From Bacteriovoracaceae bacterium (GTDB lineage Bacteria; Bdellovibrionota; Bacteriovoracia; Bacteriovoracales; Bacteriovoracaceae): 64,000 bases of DNA. Under the pieces are notes generated by a model. The model was not told where the DNA came from. It searched no databases and worked only from the letters and a program-made list of their open reading frames with translations. Location: positions 1 to 64,000 of the forward strand of contig JBFGZE010000006.1 of assembly GCA_041586955.1 (NCBI GenBank), in the 5' to 3' direction. A program made the position numbers and the translations under genes. Below are positions 19,969 to 30,304 of this stretch, in pieces; the stretch's first letter is position 1, and the number at the start of each line of letters is the position of its first letter.

Positions 19969-21712
19969 TACTCCCTCCTTTTAAAATTGTCTTATAGTAC
20001 TTTTTTTGTAGATTTCTATCTTCATTTAAAATTTGTTTTATAAGCGCCGGAACTTTTTTCATTTTACGTTTTTTTTCAATCTCTTTTTCTTTATCTGCTA
20101 GTTTCTGTTCAGGACTCTTATCTTGCCCATCTTTGTTCTGTTCACCTTCATTATCATTTTTTCCATTTTTCTTTTTGTCATCATTTTTCTTATCACCTTT
20201 ATTCTTTGTTTTATCTGAATCTTTTTTGTCCCCATCTTGCTTTTTATTCTTTTTATTATCTTTATCATTATCATTATTTTTTTCGTTGTCACTTTTGTTC
20301 TCATCATTCTTATTATTTTGGTTTTCATCATTTTTATTATTTTTGTTTTTATCGTTCTTATCATTTTCTTTAGACTTATTCGACTTTTTCTTTTGCTCAT
20401 TGCTCAAGGCCAAAAGAGTATTTTGTAGAACTTCATTCCTTTGCTCTATGGAAAGGTCGTCCTTTCGACTCAACTCTTTATATAAATCAAGTCCTTCTTT
20501 AATTTTTCCATTTTTTATATAGCTTACACCGAGATTGATAAGGGCATCATTTGTTAAAGACTTCTTGCGGCCTTTTAAAATAATTTCGGCTTTATTTGCG
20601 TCATCAAGAGATAGAAAGGAAAACCCGAGATATTGTCTCTCTTCTACATTCAAATCGTTTTCTTTATATTTTTCCATTAATTTGTCATGAATAAATTCAT
20701 CAGCACTTATCTCATTGTGACTAAATCCAACGACTAAAGCTAAGATGAGAAAGCTTTTACCAAATGAGGAGAAGACGCCAATAGTAAAAAATAAAATCCC
20801 TGCACTCGCAAAATAAGGCGCCCACACTGGACGAACAGTGATACTCCCCTTCTCCATTTCAACAAGGAAATTTTTACGAAAAAAATCGATTATCTCCTCT
20901 GTTGGTATGCTATAAGACTGAACTATCCAGTATTTTGATTTCTTAATCTTATTTACGAACCCTTTAAAGTACGACTCTTTAAGTTTAGTTATTACTTCCG
21001 TGCCATTAAACTTTTTAAAACGCTTAAAACCTCCGGAGCTAGACCTTAAGGGAATTTTTCCTCCCTTTAGAGTTCCTACGCCAACGAGTGCGATATTCAC
21101 ATTTTCAGGCACTTCGATATCATTTTTAAAATGATCTTCCCCATCAGTAAAAACTAATAAATTCCCATTAATGGAACCCTTCTCAGTTAAAAAATATTGT
21201 AATGATTCCTTAATGGATAAATTAATAGAGGATCCTCCCTTCGTAATATCAAGCTCCTCAAGACTAGAAATACGTGCATCTAATAAATCTAAATCATCAG
21301 TAAAGGGAACAATACGTTTTTGATAGTCAGAAAAACTTACAATTGCGATCTGATGCCCGACCGATTTCCTTACAAAGTGACGGGCCATCATTAAGGATTT
21401 TTGAAACCTATTCGGTTTAACATCCTCAGCCAACATGCTGGCACTGGAGTCAATTATAATTATTGTTTTTTGATCTGGAATATTCGCATCTGCTTTTTTG
21501 GCAGGGCCCCGTGGATCTAACAGGGGAAGCGTAAATAGGACAATAAAAATAGCATAAAAAATATGGGAAATCTTAACCCTTGTGTTAAGCTGCTTACCCC
21601 ATATTTCATAAACCCATGTATTAAATTTCTTAATATTAACGAAATAAAATATAAGATAAACGCTTATTAATATCACTAAGGGTATAATCAAATAGGACTT
21701 AAGAAAGCTCAT
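19949..21712 (-). CDS. batB: BatB-like vWA protein fused to a TPR (BatC-like) domain and a K/N/D low-complexity tail
   Basis: DSSASM MIDAS, DVKPNRF, PFTDD and TDGED motifs, TM, TPR-like NLGVSY, polar low-complexity C-terminus. Confidence 0.78.
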   Translation of the reverse strand: MSFLKSYLIIPLVILISVYLIFYFVNIKKFNTWVYEIWGKQLNTRVKISHIFYAIFIVLFTLPLLDPRGPAKKADANIPDQKTIIIIDSSASMLAEDVKPNRFQKSLMMARHFVRKSVGHQIAIVSFSDYQKRIVPFTDDLDLLDARISSLEELDITKGGSSINLSIKESLQYFLTEKGSINGNLLVFTDGEDHFKNDIEVPENVNIALVGVGTLKGGKIPLRSSSGGFKRFKKFNGTEVITKLKESYFKGFVNKIKKSKYWIVQSYSIPTEEIIDFFRKNFLVEMEKGSITVRPVWAPYFASAGILFFTIGVFSSFGKSFLILALVVGFSHNEISADEFIHDKLMEKYKENDLNVEERQYLGFSFLSLDDANKAEIILKGRKKSLTNDALINLGVSYIKNGKIKEGLDLYKELSRKDDLSIEQRNEVLQNTLLALSNEQKKKSNKSKENDKNDKNKNNKNDENQNNKNDENKSDNEKNNDNDKDNKKNKKQDGDKKDSDKTKNKGDKKNDDKKKNGKNDNEGEQNKDGQDKSPEQKLADKEKEIEKKRKMKKVPALIKQILNEDRNLQKKYYKTILKGGSNGKKDW

Positions 21713-22665
21713 AATAAATCCTTAAGCCAGAAAAGATTAATACCTTCAACAAGCAGAATCAAGGAAAGGCCCAAAAGATAATAAATCCAGAATTTTTCTT
21801 TATAGATAATCATTCCTGATTTTTTAATTTCTATTTTTTCCATGGTTTGTATTTCTTCTAATACCGATTTTAAGGCCTGGGTATCGGAAGCGTAAAATGA
21901 TTTGCCATTTGTTAATTTCGAGATCGTTTTTAGGGTTTCGATATCGACGCTTCCTCCGGGAATATTTTGATAGCGATTGCCCATTTTCAGCATTTTATCA
22001 TTTGTTAATTTCCCCATGCCAATTGTATAAACTTTGACCCCCTTGTCCTTTGCTTTTTCAGCGGCTTGAATTGGAGTTAATGTCCCCATCATGCTGACAC
22101 CGTCAGTGAGTAAAACAATAAACTTATTTAAAGTAATTGATTGTGCGGCCCGACCAACGGCCAGTGCCAAGGCATCTCCAATATTCGTTCCCATCCCCAA
22201 TAAAGAACTTACTTTTATATCATCAACCATTTTATTAACCAATTTTAAATCTGTCGTTAATGGTAATAATGTAAAGGCCCTTTCTGAAAACATAATGAGA
22301 CCGATTCTGTCAGTTGGTCTTAATGTTACAAATTCCTTAATCTTTTCTTTTGCGACCTCAAGACGATTTGGGCGAAAATCTTCCGCTAACATTGAGCGAC
22401 TAACATCGACAACAAAAAAGATGTCATTTACTTTGATATTATTATTAGAATACCCCGCCTCTTCACGTGGCCCCATCATACTAAAACTAATAAATAACCA
22501 TCCCACCAGGCCCACTAAATATAACATATGGGTTCGCAATGATTTTTTCTTTTTAACAAAAGGTCCGAATAATTCGACTTTCTTAAATAATTTAAAATAT
22601 CGAACAGTCCAAACGACGAACCCTAATATTCCAATCAAAGCGAATAATGGATTGCTATAAGACAT
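21709..22665 (-). CDS. batA: BatA-like vWA membrane protein
   Basis: DVSRSM MIDAS, DFRPNRL, DRIGLI.F, PLTTD, GTNIGDAL, LLTDG and VYTIG motifs. Confidence 0.88.
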   Translation of the reverse strand: MSYSNPLFALIGILGFVVWTVRYFKLFKKVELFGPFVKKKKSLRTHMLYLVGLVGWLFISFSMMGPREEAGYSNNNIKVNDIFFVVDVSRSMLAEDFRPNRLEVAKEKIKEFVTLRPTDRIGLIMFSERAFTLLPLTTDLKLVNKMVDDIKVSSLLGMGTNIGDALALAVGRAAQSITLNKFIVLLTDGVSMMGTLTPIQAAEKAKDKGVKVYTIGMGKLTNDKMLKMGNRYQNIPGGSVDIETLKTISKLTNGKSFYASDTQALKSVLEEIQTMEKIEIKKSGMIIYKEKFWIYYLLGLSLILLVEGINLFWLKDLL

Positions 22666-23486
22666 TAAAATAACCTCTTTAGAGTTTTGGTAACTTCCTC
22701 AACCTCTTTTAAATCATCTATGCCCCATTTTTTTTTAAATTGGTGCTTATTTAAAATTTTATTAAAATCTTTTACAAACTGACTTTCACCGTCTACTAAA
22801 ACAGTCCAATCATTTTTCAGACGGTATAGCTCTTCATAGGACTCCCGACTATCTGCTTGGGATATTCTTTCTCTCCAACGTGCTTTTTCAATAATTTTCT
22901 TTTTGTGATTTAACAGAGCTATTTTTCTCTTTTTTATCTTCACCCAAAAGTGAGCTCCAACAAACAACAAGACAAGATCAAAAAATGTGATCAGTAAATT
23001 TATTGGCCAGGTTTGTTTGCTATTTGGCACTAAATAATGCCAAATGCTTTTGTCATCGCCAGTATATTTGAAATTTGGCTTTTTTATAATGAAATCTTTA
23101 ATTGACACCTTAGTAGGCTCAATATGGCCAACTTTAAACTCAACGGGAATATTTAAGTCTCTTATACTCCAAATAAACGGGGCTGCCGGCAATTTACTAA
23201 CAATTGGGATCGCTTGGATATAAACCTCATAGACATCCTTATTGTTTTTAGAAAATCCTTGAGAGTAGACCTTATTGATAAAAAGCCAATCAAAAACGAC
23301 CTGCCCTTCGAGGGCCATAATATCATTCTGAAGAATTCCTTCGATTGGCCAAATAAAGATTTCGCCATCATATATGTTTCCCATTTTTATTTTTTCATTT
23401 TCTAGTCGTAATACTGCCTTGGTCTCATATGCTGAGGCTGATGAAATTAGTACATAGAAAATCAAATATAATTTTATAAATTTCAT
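22665..23486 (-). CDS. membrane protein of the Bat/MoxR operon
   Basis: Signal peptide, one TM followed by a basic stretch. Overlaps the neighbouring DUF58 and batA genes. Confidence 0.6.
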   Translation of the reverse strand: MKFIKLYLIFYVLISSASAYETKAVLRLENEKIKMGNIYDGEIFIWPIEGILQNDIMALEGQVVFDWLFINKVYSQGFSKNNKDVYEVYIQAIPIVSKLPAAPFIWSIRDLNIPVEFKVGHIEPTKVSIKDFIIKKPNFKYTGDDKSIWHYLVPNSKQTWPINLLITFFDLVLLFVGAHFWVKIKKRKIALLNHKKKIIEKARWRERISQADSRESYEELYRLKNDWTVLVDGESQFVKDFNKILNKHQFKKKWGIDDLKEVEEVTKTLKRLF

Positions 23487-24310
23487 AGCATTTCTTTTAT
23501 AAACTCATCCAAATATCTTTCCTTTACTCTTAAAGTTTTAACTTTTTTCAGATTTAAATTCTTTTCGACTAGGTCATGACTTGCAGACTGGTAAACCGAG
23601 TCACCATTTTCTCCTCTCCCCAAAATCGTAAATGGTGTCTTATCCATTTCATCAAGTGGGCCAAGTATTCTAAAGGCATGTACGTTTTTATTAAAAACGA
23701 CCTGCCTTAATATATTGGGATCTAAAAAATCGAGAAAATCAGACAATAGAATAATCTCTCTATTTCTTTTTACATGCTTTAGTATTTCCACATGTCGATC
23801 TAAACAATGGCCCATTGGTGGTAAATTATCAATTTCGACTTCCTGAAAGTTTAAATTATGCTTATCAAGAGCGGATACAAAAGCAGCAACACCTTTATCT
23901 CCATTAAGCTTGGGTAAGGTTATTATATCATTTGATATAATTATTGTTCTAACCTGATCGTTCGTTTCCTTGGCCAGTAAATACATCAAGCAAGTTATTT
24001 CACAGGCGGCCTGAAATTTTGTTTTGCCTCTATGCCCATGCCACATATTCATACCAGCATCAATAACAATAACAATTTCAACGTTTCTTTCTTCTTCAAA
24101 TGTTTTTATAAACGGCGTACTCGTTTTGGCCAAAAGCTTCCAGTCAATAAAACGAATTTCGTCCCCGTGTTGATAGATCTGGTGCTCCCGAAACTGTAGC
24201 CCCGTGCCTTTAAAACTCGATTTCAAAGCTCCGATAGAGTGAGAATTCGCTTTTTTAAAAACTCTTTGCTTTAAACTTGAAACAATTTTATGTATCTCAT
24301 TTAAATTCAT
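23483..24310 (-). CDS. DUF58 family protein
   Basis: FKGTGLQFREHQIYQHGDEIRFIDWK, KTFEEER and LSDF motifs. Confidence 0.92.
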   Translation of the reverse strand: MNLNEIHKIVSSLKQRVFKKANSHSIGALKSSFKGTGLQFREHQIYQHGDEIRFIDWKLLAKTSTPFIKTFEEERNVEIVIVIDAGMNMWHGHRGKTKFQAACEITCLMYLLAKETNDQVRTIIISNDIITLPKLNGDKGVAAFVSALDKHNLNFQEVEIDNLPPMGHCLDRHVEILKHVKRNREIILLSDFLDFLDPNILRQVVFNKNVHAFRILGPLDEMDKTPFTILGRGENGDSVYQSASHDLVEKNLNLKKVKTLRVKERYLDEFIKEML

Positions 24311-25266
24311 TAGACTAAACTTCTCGCTATATCGAGTGTAATATCTTTTGTTTTTAATTCATCGATTGACGCCTCATAACTTAGAATAATTCGATGGCCT
24401 AAGACACTCGGGACAATTCCCAAGATATTTTCAGGAGACACAAAGTCCTTCCCTTCCATAAATGCCATAAAGCGTGAGACCTTATGTAGCCAAATTGCAG
24501 CACGGGGGGATGCTCCCGCCAAAATAGCGCCGTCATACTTTTTCATAAATAACTTGTTACCCGGTCGAGTTGCGTGAACAATAGATACAATAAGATCCTT
24601 AATTTTTTCATCCATATATATTTCTTCAATTTGTCCTTGTGCTTCGATCAGATCATCTGTCGATAATACTGATGCCATCTTATTGATAGCGTTATCATTT
24701 TTTTCCAAAATTTGCCGTTCTGCCCGAAAGTCGGGATAACCGACTTCAATTTTCATCATAAATCGGTCGAGTTGTGCTTCAGGCAATGGATAGGTTCCCT
24801 CTTGCTCAATGGGATTTTGGGTCGCCATCACAACAAATGGGCTCGATAGGCGATGAGTTTGATCACCTATCGTTACCTGTTTTTCCGCCATGGCCTCAAG
24901 TAAGGCTGATTGAACCTTTGCGGGAGAGCGATTAATTTCGTCAGCTAACAATAATTGGGTAAATATTGGGCCGAATTTGGTACTAAATTCTTCTGCCTTT
25001 TGGCTGTAAATCATCGTTCCAACAAGATCAGAAGGTAATAAGTCTGGGGTAAATTGAACTCTATTGAAGGCCAAATCACAAAGCCGGCTAACCGCATTTA
25101 TACTCATTGTTTTACCAAGTCCCGGCATTCCTTCAATAAGCAAATGTCCCTCACATACCAGCGCCGCCAAAATGCCGTCTAGCATGTCATCCTGTCCAAA
25201 AATGAATTGTTTTGCAGCACCAAGTGCCTCGATAATTTTTTCTCTAGCTTGTGAATTCATAAGCAC
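24310..25266 (-). CDS. moxR: MoxR-family AAA+ ATPase
   Basis: GMPGLGKT, RVQFTPDLLPSD, LADEINR, ATQNPIEQEGTYPLPEAQLDRF and GASPR motifs. Confidence 0.95.
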   Translation of the reverse strand: MLMNSQAREKIIEALGAAKQFIFGQDDMLDGILAALVCEGHLLIEGMPGLGKTMSINAVSRLCDLAFNRVQFTPDLLPSDLVGTMIYSQKAEEFSTKFGPIFTQLLLADEINRSPAKVQSALLEAMAEKQVTIGDQTHRLSSPFVVMATQNPIEQEGTYPLPEAQLDRFMMKIEVGYPDFRAERQILEKNDNAINKMASVLSTDDLIEAQGQIEEIYMDEKIKDLIVSIVHATRPGNKLFMKKYDGAILAGASPRAAIWLHKVSRFMAFMEGKDFVSPENILGIVPSVLGHRIILSYEASIDELKTKDITLDIARSLV

Positions 25267-25315
25267 CCTTTTTTATTTGTTAGCTCTAGTTTAATTTATT
25301 TAGATGTAATTTCAA

Positions 25316-28300
25316 TTAAGGAGAATAATTCATGATTGTATTTTTTTTTAAAAATTTTATATGAGGGAAATACTTACCAAAATAGTCAACATATGCCTCT
25401 TTCAGGCCGACAATGTGAGTGATAAAAGTATCGAAGCCTGATATCCCATGCTCTTTTAAGGCCAAAACCTTAATTGACTCCCCTGCAAAATCATATAGTG
25501 AGTTGTCCACACCCTCACGAGGCCTAAGCGTGCTCAGTTCTAAGAACTCAATCATACCTTTAATTGAAAATTCTTTTTGCAAAATAACTTTGTCAAGAAA
25601 ATCACTTGCTTGCTGACTTGTTTTATTGTCCTGGCCAAGTTTTTCCACGATAGAAATCATCGCAACTCCTATCTCGCGAAACTCGTTGCTGATATCATGC
25701 TTTCTACCCATTAAAATAAATTTTTCTAAAATATTAGAAGCTCCAGGATCTTGTATAACTGAGTCAAGTAGTGAAAGGCCTTCTCTAATAATCACTAAAA
25801 CATTAGTATTGCCTGCCTCAATCTCTGTCACTAAATACTCTAACCACTCGCTTATAATTCTAATTTCACCTTTTACTTGGGGATCTTCAAAAAGTGGCCG
25901 AAACCGTTGCCAAATTGGTAAAACTTTCGCAAAGATATTCCAATAATTGGCCTGCAATTGTGTATTAGAATTATCAGCGTAAGTTAAAACAATTAGTGAG
26001 TTTATAACAAGATCTTCAATATAAAATAACTCTTGATCACTTAAGTTAGCTAAGTAATCAACAATCCAGCTGACAGGGTGCTCCTCCCCTCTTTTGACGT
26101 TTTCATCGATTTCATTGAGTGAATCCAAAAGATAACCAGCAAGAACTTTAGGGTCAATATCCTTTAAGAGGAAATTATTTAAACGCTTCATTACCTTGCT
26201 ATTTATTAAAGAGTCTATGCTCTGGTCCAATAGAATATGACCTCTAATAAAGCGTGCCATGTTGGAAAATCCGGCGATCATTGTCAAATTAGTTAATAAT
26301 GATCCATTATGTTTCTTAAGGCTAGAGTTCTTTATTTTTACCGGAACCTTTATTTTCTTTCTAAGAATTTTTATCGTTTTCATTGGCGCAACACTTGCGG
26401 CCTCAGAGCTCGATTTTACCAGAACAGATAACAGCCCCTTGGTAAAATCACCATAACGAAAGCTTTCTTTACTATTCAAATCTCCAAGTCCATCGAAAAC
26501 AGCTATCGCATTTTTGGCCATTTTTTTCTCTGACTTATTAAGCCATTTGCCACAAAACTTAAAGCCAACACAAGTTTGAAATAACTTTTTCTTCTCACTT
26601 ACTACTTTATTATAATTTTTAGATCGCGCTACGGCATTTTTATAATGAACCCCGAGGTAGTTAAGGTCAAATCGTACTTCCCGGACAGAGGCCTCAACTC
26701 TCTCCATGGTTGTGAAACGTTCTCTTTTCTTTTCAAAACTATCTTCATGTTTATCAAGAAGATCATCTTCAATTACCGCATATTCTGCATTGGAATATTT
26801 AATATAATCTCTATCTAGGTCTTTATTTTGATAATATGAAATTGTGCTGTTGTTTATTGCTAAGGTTTTATCTGTTAAATCATATAGCATTGATACCATT
26901 TCACCCACAGTAAGTACCTTGCTTTGCGAACTATTTGATGCATAAGGAATTTCTACACCATGACTGACACTAAATCCGGCCAACAATGATTCAATTCCCG
27001 TTACTCTCCCTGTACCATTTTTTCTTTGAGCAATTGCTATAATTCTACGCAAAATCGTTTTTACAACATCCAATGTTGCACAAGGAAAACCGCCAATCTC
27101 TTCATTATTAAATTTCTGACATTTATACTGTGTGGAATAATTTTTTTTCTGCGATAATCTTCTATCGTATGACCCTCTTTTTTTCCAAGCGATAAAGTTC
27201 TTTCTCAAAATGGGATACTTTTCGAGAATTAAATTGATTTTCTTAATGTTGTCTGTATCAAGTAGCCTCTGAAGTACATCATTTCTAAATAGGTCCTGCC
27301 CATTCGACTTTTTAAAAATGCTTGAAAGGGAAGCTAAAAGATTATTTACCTCTTTGTTTATTATACCAGTCTTGGGAGACAACAAATCTTCAATTAGATT
27401 TAGAAATTCTTTATCGCCATAATTATCATGAATTATTTTTAAATTATGAACATTTTCTGCGATAAGACGAGGAGATAGTAAATAGTCAGTACTAAATGGA
27501 TCTATTTTCATATTAGAGTTTTTGCGAAACTCAATATTCGCTTTTTTAAAATTCTGGACTAATTGGAAATTAAATCCTTTTGCGTGAACACATTTCTGGG
27601 GGAAATGATCAATAAAATCATTCACATTTTTCAATTTTAGGATGGCCTCAATACACTCACCTGTATTTTCATTGTTACCATCTACCAATTTATACTGGGG
27701 GTATTGCTGTTTCTTTTTGAGTTGTTCATACCGATCCCAGTTCAATTTTTTAGAGGCATAAACCTTAATTTTATCCCCATTCATTAAAACATCGACAATT
27801 TTAAGAATATGCTTCTCACTAAAAAAGGTTGTAAATTCTTTAAGAGTATTTTCTCCCGCCAATTTGTCTGCAATGTCGGCCAATGCTTTAATTGTATTCT
27901 CTCGAGCTTTTCGATTGGAATTATATTCATTCGCTAATTTAGGAGCAGATATTACAAACTCCTTAAATATAACTTCATAAAACTTCAGCAGTGAGTTCAA
28001 ATCAATCTCAGGGAAAAAGTGATGATCCATCAGCCTTAAAATATGTGTCTTACTATCGGGATTTAAAATTTGCCAAACTTTATTAAAACTGTCGGCACTT
28101 TTTTTGTTCTTAATATCATATATTTTTCTAGCGATTAGCCCGATATCGAAAAAGCCCTCCCCACTTAATTGTTTCAGTAAAAAAAGGCCCTCCTCAAACA
28201 AGTCTGGGTTTAAATCTATGAGCGTATTTAAAAAGCTTAATGTGCTGAGCATTTCTGAAGACGAAAAATAAGACAATAGGTCCAGCTTATCTTTCTCTGC

Positions 28301-29470
28301 TTTAGGATCCAATAAATTGAGCAAAAAGGATGTGAAATGAAAGCGTGAGCTCGATGAGTTAAATGCTGATATTTTCTCTAGGAAATTTAAATAATTAATA
28401 TTCTTTTCAGTTCCAATGTCCTTTCCTATTAACTGGGGGCAAATATCTTTTGACAAAGTAATTGTACTAATCTCTTCCAATAGAGAACTGCTAAAGTTTT
28501 CGGCATTCTGGGCCTTAATATACTCTATCTGGGTATTACTACTTGCCTTAATATCTACTACAAATGAGTGGTCACTTTTACAAGTAATCCCCTTTCTATA
28601 ACCTTCTTTAAGTAAATATAGATCGCTTGAAAAGCCCGGATAATAATGAAAAGGATATCGAATAATATAATTAAAAGTATTTTGATTTTTTTTATTATAA
28701 AGCCAATGATATAACCATGGGTCCTCTTTATATTTTGCATTAAAAAAGTTAGCATACAAATTGCGCCAATTTGTAGGTAAGTTTTTTCGAAGACTAAGTG
28801 ACATTCCATCAAAAAAAGAGATCCTCCCTGCAATAAAGCGTGGATGATCATGTATTTTATAAAGTTCCTCACCAAAGGTTTTATGACTCTTCAGTAGAGC
28901 TTTTTTAAAATTGATAAAATTTTTATAGAGTAAGAGATATCCTTCTTCATCCTTTGGAAATATCTTTATTAAATTATCCAAATCATCAATATTTAAGGAA
29001 ACCTTCCCTTGGCACGTGTGATCATCCTTATTTAAAGCGCAGAAAAAAATATCCCTCCATGAATCATACACATTAGTGCTATTAAGACTGGTAAGAATTG
29101 TACTGAAATCATCAAGAGCGCCATCATTACTCAAGTTAATTATACTTCGAATGAGCCTATCCCTCGTTTCTTTTTTCGTTAGGAATTCGCGATCCAAGGG
29201 GCCAAAAAAATTATTCCAGTTTTTTTCATTTATTTTGCGAATGCCATTATACATTTCAGGAAAATTCAAGTCCCATTTTGTACAAACAAATAGATTTTTG
29301 AGGTTTCTTTTCTCTAATACGTTTTTATTAAAATTGGTTTGAGCACATGCCTTAAGCCGTGAGGGGTTAGCATCCCCAAGTCTATAATCATCTTTAAGCT
29401 CTGGAGGCGCCTGCTTAAAGCAGGAAGGAATCACGAGCAGTAATAATAATATTACATAGTTTTTCCTCAT
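25316..29470 (-). CDS. very large hypothetical lipoprotein (1384 aa)
   Basis: Long intact ORF. MRKNYVILLLLLVIPSC lipoprotein-type signal. No recognisable motifs. Confidence 0.75.
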   Translation of the reverse strand: MRKNYVILLLLLVIPSCFKQAPPELKDDYRLGDANPSRLKACAQTNFNKNVLEKRNLKNLFVCTKWDLNFPEMYNGIRKINEKNWNNFFGPLDREFLTKKETRDRLIRSIINLSNDGALDDFSTILTSLNSTNVYDSWRDIFFCALNKDDHTCQGKVSLNIDDLDNLIKIFPKDEEGYLLLYKNFINFKKALLKSHKTFGEELYKIHDHPRFIAGRISFFDGMSLSLRKNLPTNWRNLYANFFNAKYKEDPWLYHWLYNKKNQNTFNYIIRYPFHYYPGFSSDLYLLKEGYRKGITCKSDHSFVVDIKASSNTQIEYIKAQNAENFSSSLLEEISTITLSKDICPQLIGKDIGTEKNINYLNFLEKISAFNSSSSRFHFTSFLLNLLDPKAEKDKLDLLSYFSSSEMLSTLSFLNTLIDLNPDLFEEGLFLLKQLSGEGFFDIGLIARKIYDIKNKKSADSFNKVWQILNPDSKTHILRLMDHHFFPEIDLNSLLKFYEVIFKEFVISAPKLANEYNSNRKARENTIKALADIADKLAGENTLKEFTTFFSEKHILKIVDVLMNGDKIKVYASKKLNWDRYEQLKKKQQYPQYKLVDGNNENTGECIEAILKLKNVNDFIDHFPQKCVHAKGFNFQLVQNFKKANIEFRKNSNMKIDPFSTDYLLSPRLIAENVHNLKIIHDNYGDKEFLNLIEDLLSPKTGIINKEVNNLLASLSSIFKKSNGQDLFRNDVLQRLLDTDNIKKINLILEKYPILRKNFIAWKKRGSYDRRLSQKKNYSTQYKCQKFNNEEIGGFPCATLDVVKTILRRIIAIAQRKNGTGRVTGIESLLAGFSVSHGVEIPYASNSSQSKVLTVGEMVSMLYDLTDKTLAINNSTISYYQNKDLDRDYIKYSNAEYAVIEDDLLDKHEDSFEKKRERFTTMERVEASVREVRFDLNYLGVHYKNAVARSKNYNKVVSEKKKLFQTCVGFKFCGKWLNKSEKKMAKNAIAVFDGLGDLNSKESFRYGDFTKGLLSVLVKSSSEAASVAPMKTIKILRKKIKVPVKIKNSSLKKHNGSLLTNLTMIAGFSNMARFIRGHILLDQSIDSLINSKVMKRLNNFLLKDIDPKVLAGYLLDSLNEIDENVKRGEEHPVSWIVDYLANLSDQELFYIEDLVINSLIVLTYADNSNTQLQANYWNIFAKVLPIWQRFRPLFEDPQVKGEIRIISEWLEYLVTEIEAGNTNVLVIIREGLSLLDSVIQDPGASNILEKFILMGRKHDISNEFREIGVAMISIVEKLGQDNKTSQQASDFLDKVILQKEFSIKGMIEFLELSTLRPREGVDNSLYDFAGESIKVLALKEHGISGFDTFITHIVGLKEAYVDYFGKYFPHIKFLKKNTIMNYSP

Positions 29471-30258
29471 TTTTTCCTAAGATCTAAGATCACCTTCTGT
29501 GGCCTCCCAGTATTTATTTGATAATCAGAAAAAATCACATTACTTGTAATCCCTTCTTTCGATAGTTTTTTACCAAATAACTGAGTCATTTTTGTTTTCA
29601 AGTTTATTTTTTCAGGTAACAAAAATCCATTTACCCTGGTGTAACTAATGTCGGAAACAACTCTAGTTTTAATATTATTAACTGTGTTTTCAGTAATAAA
29701 TTTTTCTACATAATAACGTTTTTTTTCATTATTATATTCTATTTCATTTTGGAAAACTCCACCTGACAAACTTTTGACAACTTTCTCAATAACTCCATTG
29801 TGGTTTAATCGTACTTGAATCGTACCATTAAGGTTATTCTTTTTATCGTCGATAGGCCCAGTAAAAACCCCTTCTTTAGTTCCTTTTAAAGGAATACCTG
29901 AAAATTGTTTTTCAACGGGCATCGGCTTTATATAATTTAAATGAGGGATAATTAATTGCTTTAACTGATTCTTAATTTCAAGAAAACCTTCTGGCAATCC
30001 TTCAAGCTTAATATATTTAATATTGCGAGTAATATTCCAAAACACTCGAAAATAAACGTCAGTCAAATTACCAAGATTCGATGTACTCTCTAATGTCTTT
30101 GTTAGCCCTTTAATTCTCACATCAACAATGAGATCCCTAACCCCAATCTCGGCGATGTCATACACTTTTTTATTTGTTTGCATGACTTCACTAGGCAGGC
30201 TTGCATTAGTGGTACTCACCATCAAAATGGCACTCAAAAAAACGACAACAATTTTCAT
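29467..30258 (-). CDS. hypothetical exported protein
   Basis: Signal peptide (..STTNA|S), SD GAGGAG before ATG 30258, ATGA overlap with the next gene. Confidence 0.7.
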   Translation of the reverse strand: MKIVVVFLSAILMVSTTNASLPSEVMQTNKKVYDIAEIGVRDLIVDVRIKGLTKTLESTSNLGNLTDVYFRVFWNITRNIKYIKLEGLPEGFLEIKNQLKQLIIPHLNYIKPMPVEKQFSGIPLKGTKEGVFTGPIDDKKNNLNGTIQVRLNHNGVIEKVVKSLSGGVFQNEIEYNNEKKRYYVEKFITENTVNNIKTRVVSDISYTRVNGFLLPEKINLKTKMTQLFGKKLSKEGITSNVIFSDYQINTGRPQKVILDLRKK

Positions 30259-30304
30259 AGGCACTCCTCTTCTATTTTATAATAGCAACCTATGCTTTAA
30301 ATAA

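Noticed and set aside
20098..20522. Three overlapping alternative-frame ORFs
   Set aside because: Artefacts of the low-complexity K/N/D tract in the batB-like gene.
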